Part shown: in pieces, positions 1-10,453 of the stretch
Layout: each line of letters begins with the position of its first letter
How positions within the stretch are numbered: position 1 is the first letter of the stretch
Assembly: GCF_900079115.1 (NCBI RefSeq)
Contig: NZ_LT549890.1
Coordinates: forward strand, 1,560,001-1,592,000
DNA: 32,000 nucleotides
DNA from: Saccharolobus solfataricus
GTDB taxonomy: Archaea > Thermoproteota > Thermoprotei_A > Sulfolobales > Sulfolobaceae
Direction of reading: 5' to 3'
The notes under the pieces: generated by a model
The model's database searches: none
Told to the model about the DNA's origin: nothing
Seen by the model: only the letters and a program-made list of their open reading frames with translations
Program-made: the position numbers and the translations under genes

Positions 1-2
1 TT

Positions 3-359
3 GAAAACGTTTCTGAAGAAGAAAAATTCGAAATACTCTCAAAGGCAAGGGCTTTAGTTCTACCTTCACACCAAGAATCTTTTTCTGTAACCATACTTGA
101 AGCACTGGCGGTAGGGACTCCAGTAATAACTTATGATTTACCTTCTTTAACCTCTACTTATAATTTTAAGCCAGTATTTTTTGTAAAGGAATTCGACGTT
201 AAAGGTTTAGTAAACACTGCTTTAGAAGTATATAATATGAAAAAGATTGAAGAAATGTTTAATGATGAGAGGTTGGAGGAATTTATTAAAATGCACTCAA
301 GTTGGGATAACGTAAGTAATGCAGTTGATAAATTAATTACTGAAGCTATTCAAGAATGA
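3..359 (+). CDS. Glycosyltransferase (Glycos_transf_1 / GT4-like), C-terminal part; 5' end outside window
   Basis: Frame open from the window edge to TGA at 357-359. Translation ...SKARALVLPSHQESFSVTILEALAVGTPVITYDL... carries the E-x7-E motif region typical of retaining GT-B enzymes, like the other GTs here. Confidence 0.75.
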   Translation, partial: ENVSEEEKFEILSKARALVLPSHQESFSVTILEALAVGTPVITYDLPSLTSTYNFKPVFFVKEFDVKGLVNTALEVYNMKKIEEMFNDERLEEFIKMHSSWDNVSNAVDKLITEAIQE

Positions 360-492
360 CGAAATTTGTAACTAAATATATACGGATTAAAAAACATCTC
401 ATTATTAATTATAGGAAATAGATATATTTTATTACTATCTCTAGTAATGTCACCATAGAGCTATTAAAGGTTAAATACGCAAAAATTTTATA

Positions 493-1518
493 CTATTTAC
501 TTTCCATTATTTTATAGATTGCTTTCTTCTCCATTTCAGCTGCTTTTTCCCAATTTAGGGTTTTAGCTAATTCCCTACTTTTCTCTCCTATAGACTTCCT
601 TAGCTTCTCATCCTTTAATAGTTTAACAACTTCTTCAGCAAAAGAGCTGATATCAGGGTATGTTACTCTTATTGCAACTGGATATCTTTCACTCCATTTT
701 AAATCCCAAGTAACTACTGGTAAATAAGCTGATAAAGCCTCAGTAACTGCTAAGGCAAAGCCTTCATACAAAGAGGGGAAAACAAAGACTTTAGACTTTG
801 CGAGCAAATCAATTTTCTCTCTTTCAGTAACGAAACCGTAATAAACGGAATTTTTAGGAATTTCGCTCCATCCTTTTCCTATAATACATAGTTTAGCGTC
901 AATTTTCTCATTAACTTTATCCCATATTTGAAATAAATACCTTGATCCTTTCCTCTCGCCGTAGTTCCCTACAAAAATTCCGTCGCATATTTTCTCCTCT
1001 GACGTGTAATAATCCTCGACACTAACGCCATTAGTTGAAGTTAAAATAACCTTGTTAGGAAAGAGACTTTTAAGTTCTTCATATACTTCAGGATTATCTA
1101 GGCAAATGATTCCCTTACTTCTTGCAATGACAGTACGCAAGAATTTGCTTCCTCTAATCTCTTCAGTAACATGATGAACTACCACAATAAAAGGCTTCCG
1201 CGAGAAAAGGGATAATAACCACGTATAATAAACGCTTAATGAATACTCACTATAACTTATTAAGACGTCTACTTTCCTAGCGTATTTAAGGCAATTTAAG
1301 AATCCTTTCAAGTAGGTTTTCTTATCAGTACTTGAGGAACTAACTAAGTGAAATTTTGAAAGCAAAGGAGATATTTCTGGATCTACTTGTGGCAAAGTTC
1401 TTTCGTCTACACATAAATAAACTTCCTCTCCCATTCTGCTGTAAACTTCTAACGTTCTCCTCATTCCACCAAGGAATTCCTTACCAAACCTCATCGGAGG
1501 TGATATTAAAATCCTCAT
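493..1518 (-). CDS. Glycosyltransferase, Glycos_transf_1 family
   Basis: 341-aa ORF. The C-terminal half has [26 protein letters not shown] (E-x7-E region). TATA-like tataataa (1541-1548) is centred about 27 nt upstream of the ATG. Confidence 0.8.
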   Translation of the reverse strand: MRILISPPMRFGKEFLGGMRRTLEVYSRMGEEVYLCVDERTLPQVDPEISPLLSKFHLVSSSSTDKKTYLKGFLNCLKYARKVDVLISYSEYSLSVYYTWLLSLFSRKPFIVVVHHVTEEIRGSKFLRTVIARSKGIICLDNPEVYEELKSLFPNKVILTSTNGVSVEDYYTSEEKICDGIFVGNYGERKGSRYLFQIWDKVNEKIDAKLCIIGKGWSEIPKNSVYYGFVTEREKIDLLAKSKVFVFPSLYEGFALAVTEALSAYLPVVTWDLKWSERYPVAIRVTYPDISSFAEEVVKLLKDEKLRKSIGEKSRELAKTLNWEKAAEMEKKAIYKIMESK

Positions 1519-1540
1519 TGGTATTGTTTCTAAGTTACAA

Positions 1541-1548
1541 TATAATAA
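1541..1548 (-). promoter_or_regulatory. Putative TATA box for the 493-1518 gene (leaderless layout)
   Basis: The minus strand reads cttattatattg. Its centre lies about 27 nt upstream of the start codon, and there is no SD between them. Confidence 0.35.
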
Positions 1549-1866
1549 GAATTCTGTCTTCTTTACGCATATCTTTGCTCATCAATAAGCGTACTTATCT
1601 ACCGCGGATGACATCTTCTAAAATGACGCATCAGTAATCTCATCTTGTAAATTTATTTTAGTCTTATGTACGTGAAGCTAACGAATTAATTCAGCGCCAA
1701 CATAATACAACTAATCTAGTTTAAGATCGGTATAAAATAAAATGCATATATAGCTCTTAAAATTGCTTACAAGTCTTTATGGTGTATAAAAGTCAGTTAC
1801 TGCTAGACACGTTATTTTACATCTATTTGTTGGTTTTCTTTCTATAGAGAATAGAACATTATTAAC

Positions 1867-3084
1867 TTATTTATTTAGTGAGCATTTTATAATTTTTGCA
1901 ACGTTTTCTGCAACATTATCCCAATTATGAAACTCAATAAACGAGTTAACTCTCTTATCATATATTGCCTCTTGTAAATTTCCGGTTTTAAGTTCATTTT
2001 CTACCTCATCAACGAATTTTCTTATATCTCCTTCTTTTACAAACTTTACTGCAGGTATATCTTTGAATACAGAATGCACAGTAGGTATAGAATACGCTAT
2101 TACTGGAGTCCCTAATGCTAATGACTCTAAAATTGTAATAGAAAATCCGTCGGCTAAAGAAGGATATATAAGAAGTTTAGCTTTAGATACCGTAACGTAA
2201 AGTTCTTTCCTATCTAAAAAACCCAAATATTCTACGTCTAACCCATTATCTCTTATGTAGTTAAAGAATAGTCTCTTAAACTTATCATAAATAAACTTCC
2301 CTGAAACTTTTGCTCTTACTGATATACCTCTCTTCTTAAGTAAATTGATTATATAGAGAAAGTTTAGAATACCCTTAGGTGGAATTAAAGTAGTCCAGAA
2401 GATAACATAGTCCTCCTTCTTAGTAGTCCTATATTGCAATAACTCTTTATCAACTCCATTTCCAGGGTATAGGATGTACTTCTCTGAATTTTTTATTTTC
2501 ACAGAATCTAGCGTGCCTTTACTTACTGCAGCTATGAAGCTTAAGTATCTCGATTTACTTATGTAATTAGCTTTACTTCTAGTTAGCAAATAAAGTCCTA
2601 TAGACCTCTTTAGAAAATAGTCTAAGGATTGCAAAAAGAACGGACGTAGAGTATAATATGTGTAAAATATGGATTGAGAAAAGGAGTATAACGGCTCGTG
2701 AAGCGTTAAACCTAAAGGTATTCCTACCTTGTTCGAGATGAATATACTCTCTGGAGTAGTATAATCTGGATCGTAAATAAAATCAGAATCTACTTTCTTT
2801 ACTCTTTCTGCGTATTCATTATACACGGAGAGAGAATAAGGCAAGAATGAAGGTTTCAAATTACTAAATTTCGATAGAAAGCTAATGAAGTCTGGGATTT
2901 TTATACCGAGTTTTTTTATATTCTCGATCTCCTCATTTATCCTATCATTATTTATAAAAAAACTTATGGAAGGAATAAATTCTACCTCAAAGTACTTCGT
3001 AAGCCTTCTAACAACATTATTAACGTGAACGCTTCCTCCAGAGTAATTTGACCTCAATCCCGAGGTTACTACTGTTATCTTCAC
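1867..3084 (-). CDS. Glycosyltransferase, Glycos_transf_1 family
   Basis: 405-aa ORF with LLIYPSLADGFSITILESLALGTPVIAY in the C-terminal Rossmann domain. Confidence 0.8.
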   Translation of the reverse strand: MKITVVTSGLRSNYSGGSVHVNNVVRRLTKYFEVEFIPSISFFINNDRINEEIENIKKLGIKIPDFISFLSKFSNLKPSFLPYSLSVYNEYAERVKKVDSDFIYDPDYTTPESIFISNKVGIPLGLTLHEPLYSFSQSIFYTYYTLRPFFLQSLDYFLKRSIGLYLLTRSKANYISKSRYLSFIAAVSKGTLDSVKIKNSEKYILYPGNGVDKELLQYRTTKKEDYVIFWTTLIPPKGILNFLYIINLLKKRGISVRAKVSGKFIYDKFKRLFFNYIRDNGLDVEYLGFLDRKELYVTVSKAKLLIYPSLADGFSITILESLALGTPVIAYSIPTVHSVFKDIPAVKFVKEGDIRKFVDEVENELKTGNLQEAIYDKRVNSFIEFHNWDNVAENVAKIIKCSLNK

Positions 3085-3120
3085 AAATGGCTTTATTGTT
3101 TATAAAAACTAATAAACTCG

Positions 3121-4134
3121 ATGAGAGTACTATTAATAGCAGGCAAAGATGATTTCAATGAAGACGTGAGTAAAGTCACTGGAATAGGAAGATACGTTAG
3201 AGAAGTTTACGAAGGACTAAAAAAGCAAATAGACGTAGAAGCATATCCTCTTTTTGACTACTCTTCAATCTTCTCCTCTATCAATAGTATAATCAAAGGG
3301 ACTTTTCATGATTACTCTAGTTATGATATAATTCATTTACTTTCACCTAAACCTTTCTTCCCTCTAAGAAAAGGTAAGGCTAAATGGATAACCACAGTCC
3401 ACGATCTCTTTTTCCTTAAATATAATGAATCAAAGCCTTCACCTTTTATGCAGAAGATCTATCTAAAGAGTATACTAAGCTCAGATGCAATAATCGCTGT
3501 GTCTAGTTTAGTTAAAGAAGACGTAGAGAAATTAGGTTATAAAAAGAAGATTTTTGTAATAAATCCAGGAATAGGAGAAGAATTCTTCACATCTCCTAAA
3601 AAACCAGAGAAAAAAGATGTGATAAAGATTGGATACATAGGAAGACTTGATAGCGAAAGAAAGGACTTAATTAGGGGGATAGAAGTATTCAGAAAAATAA
3701 AGGAAAAGAACGTTATATTCGAGCTTTGGGGGAATTATAATCCTGATAGTGAGATTTTTAAGAGAATAAAAAAAGAAAGCGAAGAAGACCCAAGAATAAG
3801 GATCATGGGACCTGCACCAGATGAGAAATTAGTTGAAATCTACGATTCATTTGACGCATTCTTCTTCCCCACAAAGGAGGAAGGCTTCGGATTACCTATC
3901 GTTGAGGCGCAAGCGAGAGGAGTTCCGGTAATTGTATTTAAAGACGCTAGGATTCCAGAAGAAGCATGCAATTACTGCATAAGAATAAATGAGGAGTTTC
4001 CCCAAATAGATTACATTAAATCTTTTAAAGAAAAATATAATGATGCGCTAAGAAAATACGCCAGTAAATTCTCTTTGGGAATCTCCGTTAAAAATATATT
4101 GAACTCTTATGGTAGTATAATGCTAGAATTATAA
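3121..4134 (+). CDS. Glycosyltransferase, Glycos_transf_1 family
   Basis: 337-aa ORF with FFFPTKEEGFGLPIVEAQARGVPVIV. It is divergent from the previous GT, with only 36 bp between the start codons. Confidence 0.85.
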   Translation: MRVLLIAGKDDFNEDVSKVTGIGRYVREVYEGLKKQIDVEAYPLFDYSSIFSSINSIIKGTFHDYSSYDIIHLLSPKPFFPLRKGKAKWITTVHDLFFLKYNESKPSPFMQKIYLKSILSSDAIIAVSSLVKEDVEKLGYKKKIFVINPGIGEEFFTSPKKPEKKDVIKIGYIGRLDSERKDLIRGIEVFRKIKEKNVIFELWGNYNPDSEIFKRIKKESEEDPRIRIMGPAPDEKLVEIYDSFDAFFFPTKEEGFGLPIVEAQARGVPVIVFKDARIPEEACNYCIRINEEFPQIDYIKSFKEKYNDALRKYASKFSLGISVKNILNSYGSIMLEL

Positions 4135-4609
4135 TGATTGTTACTAAAAATTTATCTCTTAATAGTTATCTATCGTAAAGGCACAAATTATAAAATTTTA
4201 ATACTCAAACAAAAATATATGGAGATAATTAGTGAAAAGCCAGTAAATGTACGTATTGGCAAGCACGTTATCATGCTACCCTTATCAGCTATAAGAGAAT
4301 TCTTGCTATATGCAGGAAAAATAAGGTAAATAAACTGTACATAGATAACGATGAAAAATTTATAGTGATAAATTCTGACAAAATATCTATAAATGAAATA
4401 TGAGGAATTGGAGCTTATATCGAAGGCTGGAAATACGAAAATGACCTCTGGGCTTATAATGATGTTAAATTTCCTGAAATTAAATCTGTTTTCATTATGT
4501 AAGGAGAGATTTGCCCTTGTTAAAAGAATTATCTCTTAATGAGTAAAATTAGCTAAATATTGCTGAAGATAAGAAATCTTTTTATTTATATACAATAAGC
4601 TATCTCATC

Positions 4610-5869
4610 ATGACTAATATGTTAAAGATCAGAGCTCCAAATATTTTTATGAAAGATTACGTAGGTGGGGCTGAATATGTTACGCTTAACTGGTTAAAAA
4701 GGTTCAAAAAGATAGAGTATGAAATTGTACCGGACGTAGATTTGGTCTATCTAGATTTATGCATGAATAAAAAAGTTCAAAAAGATAATATCTTAGAAAT
4801 TATTGATAAATTAAAGTTACATGTAGATAATGTAGTATTAGATTACTATCTGGATTGCAAATTGCATAATAATACTGATATATTTAAAAAAATACTAGAC
4901 AATGAAATTATACTGGACATGAAGATTGGTACAAACGTTAATATATCTCAATTCTTTAATAAACATATTTTAGAATTTATAAATGGTAGACCGGTAGGAT
5001 ATGATTTTTTATATTATTCATTAAAATATTCTAAGAAATATATTGGTATACTTCAACATCTTGGCGATATACCCATAAGTTTAAAATTCTATATTTATCA
5101 CTTTAAAGAATTACTAAATTATCTTGAAAGCCTCGCAGAGTTGATGTACTTATTAGCTAGCGTTATAAGGGAAAAAACATGGGTACAAGCTTTAATACAT
5201 AATAAAGATAAGGTACATCTTTTAACTCCTTCAAGAGGAGCCATTAAGAAAGCGGGATTAGACAAGTTAAATTATACAGTAATTTTTCCTTATGTAGGAT
5301 TAGATAGCACAATTTTAAATTATTCATGCAAAAACAAAGATAATTATGCAGTATTTTTTGCAAGACCTTATAGGACTAAGGGAATTCTAGAAGCCATTAA
5401 GATTTTCAAATTGGCTAGAAAAAAAGGATACTTACAGAGGTTATATATTATCGGGGGTAATATAAATGATATTACTTCAAAATATAATAATAAATCCGAT
5501 ATAGTAAACCTTGGACGAATCAAAGATAAAAACGAAGTATATAAAATCCTAAGTAAAGCACAGATGAACATTTATCCATCTATATCAGACGCATTTGGTA
5601 TAACTATCCTAGAATCTTTAGCTGTTTATACTCCAGTAATAATGTATTATAATGAGGCTAATTATGAATATTTCTCAAAGTCTAAACTCGTAAAAATAGT
5701 AAAATTATTTAATAAATACGAATTTTTAAATAAAATAAATGAGATTATAAATAATAATTTGGAAATAGATGAATATACATATAATCTTATTCTATCTCAT
5801 TTAGACTGGAACAAAATTGTTAATAATATAGAAGAACACTTGCTTAATATTATAAATGATATTAAATAA
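4610..5869 (+). CDS. Glycosyltransferase, Glycos_transf_1 family (very AT-rich gene)
   Basis: 419-aa ORF. The C-terminal domain has NIYPSISDAFGITILESLAVYTPVIM, and the N-terminal half is not recognisable. Confidence 0.7.
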   Translation: MTNMLKIRAPNIFMKDYVGGAEYVTLNWLKRFKKIEYEIVPDVDLVYLDLCMNKKVQKDNILEIIDKLKLHVDNVVLDYYLDCKLHNNTDIFKKILDNEIILDMKIGTNVNISQFFNKHILEFINGRPVGYDFLYYSLKYSKKYIGILQHLGDIPISLKFYIYHFKELLNYLESLAELMYLLASVIREKTWVQALIHNKDKVHLLTPSRGAIKKAGLDKLNYTVIFPYVGLDSTILNYSCKNKDNYAVFFARPYRTKGILEAIKIFKLARKKGYLQRLYIIGGNINDITSKYNNKSDIVNLGRIKDKNEVYKILSKAQMNIYPSISDAFGITILESLAVYTPVIMYYNEANYEYFSKSKLVKIVKLFNKYEFLNKINEIINNNLEIDEYTYNLILSHLDWNKIVNNIEEHLLNIINDIK

Positions 5870-5886
5870 TTTCACAAAATACTTGC

Positions 5887-7005
5887 TTGTCATATTTCAT
5901 TTTTAGAAAATTAGACATTAATAATTCTTATATATTATTTTTATTGTTTTTGATTTTACTGTCATTACTAGTTCTAAGAGTAACCGCTATAAGACTATAT
6001 TTAAATCTTAGTCATGAAGAAGTATACTTAATGAAAGTGATAAATAAATCCAGAGAGACCCTTTATAATATTTATTATACACTATATAAGATTAATGTGT
6101 ACAGGAAGATATTCTCCAACTGGTTTTATGTTATCCATAAACTCAGAAAAGGAGAAAAAGACATAGACGTCGTCCTAAAAAATGGGAGTAAAGGAAAGTG
6201 CAACATAAAATGTATATTGACATTAACTACAATAATATCAGAATTTAGCTCTATTAATTCAAGAAAATTTAATTTTGATGATAATAATAGATTATACTAT
6301 GATAACAATTTAATAATTCAAGAAAATAATACCACATGGTTATTATCAATTGGAGGATTTATTAAAAATAATGATTATTGGTTCTTTCCTAAATATAATG
6401 TAAAATTTAATACGATAGGATATGGCATATTTGAAACCTTCATAATAGAACAATATTATACTGAAATACAAGGTGAAGTAATAGATATAGGTGCTAATAT
6501 AGGCGATTCTGCAATTTATTTTGCCTTAAAAGGAGCTTCTCATGTATATGCTTTTGAGCCTTTGCCATTAGTTTACAAAGCAGCATTACAAAATATTAAG
6601 TTAAACAATTTAGAAAACAAAATTACTCTGATTAATGGCGCAGTTGGATCTAAAGAAGGAAAGGTTAAGGTTCCTCTTAATATTAATCTAGAAGATTCAG
6701 GAGGCTTTTATATAACTAATCAAGGTGATGTTGAGGTTCCACTATTTTCATTCGATGATATTGTAAAAAATATGGTTAAAGATCCATATCTTTTAAAAAT
6801 GGATTGTGAGGGGTGTGAGGCAGATATAATACTTAACTCTGATAGTATATCTTATTTTGAGAAGATTTTAGTAGAATCTCATCCGCATATAACTAAAGTT
6901 TCTGATAAAGCATTATTATCAAAACTAAGAAAGCTTAAGTATAAATGTGAAGAGAGATATAGAGTAGGTAAAACAAAACTGTTTTATTGTTCAAAAATCA
7001 ACTAG
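5887..7005 (+). CDS. FkbM-family SAM-dependent methyltransferase with hydrophobic N-terminal segment
   Basis: Motifs VIDIGANIGDSAIYFALKGASHVYAFEPLP and LLKMDCEGCEADIIL are typical of FkbM/Methyltransf_21. The listed start is TTG, so the true start is uncertain. Confidence 0.7.
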   Translation: MSYFIFRKLDINNSYILFLLFLILLSLLVLRVTAIRLYLNLSHEEVYLMKVINKSRETLYNIYYTLYKINVYRKIFSNWFYVIHKLRKGEKDIDVVLKNGSKGKCNIKCILTLTTIISEFSSINSRKFNFDDNNRLYYDNNLIIQENNTTWLLSIGGFIKNNDYWFFPKYNVKFNTIGYGIFETFIIEQYYTEIQGEVIDIGANIGDSAIYFALKGASHVYAFEPLPLVYKAALQNIKLNNLENKITLINGAVGSKEGKVKVPLNINLEDSGGFYITNQGDVEVPLFSFDDIVKNMVKDPYLLKMDCEGCEADIILNSDSISYFEKILVESHPHITKVSDKALLSKLRKLKYKCEERYRVGKTKLFYCSKIN

Positions 7006-7217
7006 TCTTTCATTTTAATATTTTATTCGTATAGAGCTAAGAATAAAAATATAATTAAGATAAGAAGCATTCAAAGTAATAGACGTATTAATAGAAAGCC
7101 TTATTATCATTAACATAAAGATAACCCTACATCTCAGCTGTGTTTTACTCTATATTTAAACTGTAACTATGTGTAATCAAAAAGCTTTAATATTTTCCTT
7201 TTAAAGAACTAAACTGA

Positions 7218-8627
7218 ATGAATCCTATAAAGAACACTTTAAAGAGTCTTAGTGTAACTACTACCAACGTCATAGTTGCTTTAATCTTCTTCATCATTAC
7301 AGCTAAGATTACTAACCCAGAATTCTTCGGAAAAGTCGCAATAATTCAACTTCTCGAAGTAGTAACTTCTGCCTTCTTTTACTTTATTCCCGGACAAATA
7401 ATAACGAGAGAAATTTCTTACCTTTACGCAAGGAAAGAGATAAGCAAGAGCGTAATAGGTAAGTTTCTTTCTTTCCCTTTCCTCGTCTTACCGCTTTTTC
7501 TTATTCTCCTCCTTTTCCCTAATTACGTTAAGTTGACAATACCTTACCTTTTCCTTTACTTGCTTAATGGTGTTATGGGCTCTATAATGGTTGGAATGGA
7601 CATGTTCACTGAGACAGCGATAACGGGGAACATCTTCCTAATAATAAGGTGGGGAATCTCAATAATTGCCGTCCTCTCTCACAACATTTACCTTTTCATT
7701 GAAATATGGACTTTAGGAGGGATTATCTCAGTCTCCATGAACTACGCTTTTCTAAGTAGGAAAGTGGGGTTAATATTACCTTCTTTTGACTTTGCTTTTC
7801 TCTTTAAGCACTTCAAGGAAGGCTTACCTCTTTATCTATCTTCTTCAGCAACTTTCCTCTCTTCACAAGGTGACAGAGTTACAACTGCTTATCTGCTAGG
7901 TTCCTACTACCTAGGTTTATACCAGTTTTCTGCTTTAGTAGCTGGAGTACCTTCAATGGTTTTAGGAGCTTTAGGAGGAGTTCTCTTACCTACAGCATCA
8001 TTTTACAAGGCTTTGGGAAAAGACGAGAAGAAAATGTCTTCTATCTCCTTCCGCGTGCTGTCTTTAATTACCTTTCTCGCTGTCATTATTTCAATACCTA
8101 CAGCCGTTTTGGTCGTTGAGAAATTCTTCCCTGCTTATATTTCCGGAATTAAAGTTCTGATCCTCCTCCTTTTAGCTACTACTTTGCCTTTCCCCATAGG
8201 CTCTTTAACGAATTTCATTATAGCAGCTAAGAAGTCGTTGAGGCCTTTTCTCATCCTTTCACTACTTAACGGAGGTCTGGTTTTATTAACTTCTTTCCTC
8301 TTAATTCCTAGAATAGGAATAATTGGTGGAGCGATTTCTCAGGCTATCGTATCGACAATCTCCTCTTCCTTCGTCTTAGTTTACGCTTTAAAGGAAGATA
8401 CTTTCGTTTTGGGCAAGAGGGAGAGTGCCATATTGTTCATGATGCCTTTAATAGCTTTTTATGAGGTTTTTGTAGACCCTCCTTATCTTGACTTTCTTTT
8501 ACTTCTCTCCGTTATACTCCTTTTTAAGACATTTAGGATAATTACTGCTGAAGACATGAAATTGATAGACTCTTTTTTGCCATCTAAATTGAAGTTCATT
8601 ATCTCGTTAATGAAGGCAATCAGTTAG
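7218..8627 (+). CDS. Polysaccharide/oligosaccharide flippase (Wzx-like, MOP superfamily)
   Basis: 469-aa protein consisting almost entirely of hydrophobic helices (10 or more by eye). It sits inside the GT cluster. The call rests on topology and context, not on a motif. Confidence 0.65.
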   Translation: MNPIKNTLKSLSVTTTNVIVALIFFIITAKITNPEFFGKVAIIQLLEVVTSAFFYFIPGQIITREISYLYARKEISKSVIGKFLSFPFLVLPLFLILLLFPNYVKLTIPYLFLYLLNGVMGSIMVGMDMFTETAITGNIFLIIRWGISIIAVLSHNIYLFIEIWTLGGIISVSMNYAFLSRKVGLILPSFDFAFLFKHFKEGLPLYLSSSATFLSSQGDRVTTAYLLGSYYLGLYQFSALVAGVPSMVLGALGGVLLPTASFYKALGKDEKKMSSISFRVLSLITFLAVIISIPTAVLVVEKFFPAYISGIKVLILLLLATTLPFPIGSLTNFIIAAKKSLRPFLILSLLNGGLVLLTSFLLIPRIGIIGGAISQAIVSTISSSFVLVYALKEDTFVLGKRESAILFMMPLIAFYEVFVDPPYLDFLLLLSVILLFKTFRIITAEDMKLIDSFLPSKLKFIISLMKAIS

Positions 8628-8996
8628 TAAATAAATTATTGGAATTCTTCTAGTTAACTGAGAGATTTTAGTGTCATAACATTTTTATCTCCTACAAGAG
8701 AGGAATTTTGTATTACTTGCTTAAAGATTTAGTAAAAACTTAACGTGTAGTAGTTTTTACGGAAATTTCTCTTACTTAAATATCCTCATTCTTTTATACA
8801 TCAATAAATCTTATTTATTTTAGATGATAATATTTTAGGCTTTACAGTAAATAATTTAACTTCTCTTTCATTTTATAAAATTATTTTTAACGTTACATAA
8901 TTACTGTAAGGATTTTCGTAGAAACCGTGGCGTAACTTTTCCTCTAATTCCACCACGGGCTAAGGGATCATACACACTCACCCTTCGAGGGAAACA

Positions 8997-9398
8997 CCTA
9001 TATAGGTTATATTAGCCGGGGAGAGTAATACTCCTCGGCTGGGGAAACGTGGTCGAGAGGGAAACTGAAGTAAAATCTTCGGGTAGCGGCGTGACAAGCC
9101 CCTACCGTCGGACTGAACATTGTGATAAAATTCACGAATATAGGTGTGACAAAGGGGTAGGGGTAATAGGACGTATCAAGAGATCATTTAATTACAAGTA
9201 GGGGGAGGGTGAGGAAGTACGAGAACAATAAAGAGGGTTATGAAGAAATCCTCAAGATGAAACCTTGTACAATAGTCCTAGAGCCCACTGGAGTATACGC
9301 AATAAGACCTTCACAATACTTCAAGGAGAGGGGGATAAGAGTACTACAAGTTAGTCCAAACATACTATCGAGGGAGAAGGAGTTTAGGGGGAAGAATC
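8997..9398 (+). mobile_element. Truncated 5' portion (about 400 bp) of an IS110-family element; diverged paralogue of the full copy at 25241-26458
   Basis: Collinear with 25241 to about 25645 at very roughly 85-90% identity by eye. Similarity stops at about 9398. The residual ORF 9209-9442 encodes ...KPCTIVLEPTGVYAIRPSQYFKERGIRVLQVSPN..., matching the N-terminal domain of the full-copy recombinase. Confidence 0.85.
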
Positions 9399-10200
9399 TT
9401 ATCATCGACATCAAAAATAAACGGTGTATAAAAATCTATTAATGGTGTATTATACTTATCCTTCGGTAAATCATTAGCAATTCTTTCTATAGCATCATTA
9501 AGACTTACATTTGCTAATTTTCTTAATAAAGAATCATTTAAATAATATAAAAATATTTTAGTTATAGCATAAACTCCCTCTAAATCCTTTAGGGTCTTAT
9601 AATCAGAATAAAACGGATTATACAAGCGAATTAATACAACATTATCCAGTAAAGCTAATAAAGCACCTCGCAGATGAGCATGTATACTTATATCGTTTGC
9701 AGAGATCCAGCTCCTTTGAGCCATAAACCTATTAGCGTCTATTAATGCAACGAATTCATCACTACTTAAGTTCTCACATTTGTTAATATTCTCTTTAGCA
9801 CATCTAATAATTTTCTCTTTAATCCTATCATATATTTTGTTTCCGTATTTATAGTTTAGAAAGTACTTCACATATTCCTCGGCTTGTTTCTCAAATTGTT
9901 CTGTAAAATTAACAACAAAAAGGTTTCCCTCACTATCTATATAAAATATCGGAGATAAGGTGATCGGATTTAAAATTATTGAGGGTAGTTTTTCAAGACT
10001 GTCTCTAAGACGCACGTTTTTTTAGCAAATTCACTAGTTTGCTCACTAATACTAGCTGTAATATCACAGTCTCTTCTCTCTTGTCCACCCCTCACTATAA
10101 TACTTTTAAAGAGATCATGAAGATAACAAGATAAATAATTATTATTAATAAATTCCTTAAGATATTTTCTAAGTATCTCATCATGATTAATACTTCCCAT
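9399..10200 (-). pseudogene. Unknown-function gene, frameshifted at a homopolymer and 3'-truncated by the IS110 fragment
   Basis: ORFs 9976-10200 and 9365-10015 overlap around a T7 run (10017-10023; A7 on the coding strand). A -1 shift there fuses them (...SEFAKK|NVRLRDSLEK...). The last 10 codons of the lower ORF (ILPPKLLLPR) are read from IS110 sequence, so the native 3' end is missing. Confidence 0.5.
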
Positions 10201-10453
10201 GTAAATATATAACTGGGTTTAATGTTTAAAAGGATTAACAACTGATATAGAATGCCAATCATACGAAGAACTTCATAATTTAATGTTTTTCATGTCACTC
10301 TTTTTATGTCCAATAATGTTCATTTATTTGAAATTACCTTAAAACTGCTCGTCAGTATGAGAATCTCTTTTTTCACGTAAAAAACGAGATGAATAAAATA
10401 CATAAAAATTCTGGTTTATGCTAATTTTTGGAGAAAAGTTTGAGACCGTGGAG

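Noticed and set aside
8737-8768. Hairpin gtaaaaact-(11 nt)-agtttttac downstream of the flippase gene
   Set aside because: It is an AT-only 9-bp stem in an AT-rich intergenic region. Archaeal termination relies mainly on oligo-T tracts rather than hairpins, and there is no supporting conservation.
10017-10023. Programmed -1 ribosomal frameshifting at the A7 tract
   Set aside because: The zero-frame heptamer is T-AAA-AAA rather than a canonical X-XXY-YYZ site, no downstream structure was noticed, and the gene is additionally truncated. A pseudogene is the simpler reading, so this is kept only as a remote alternative in the finding.
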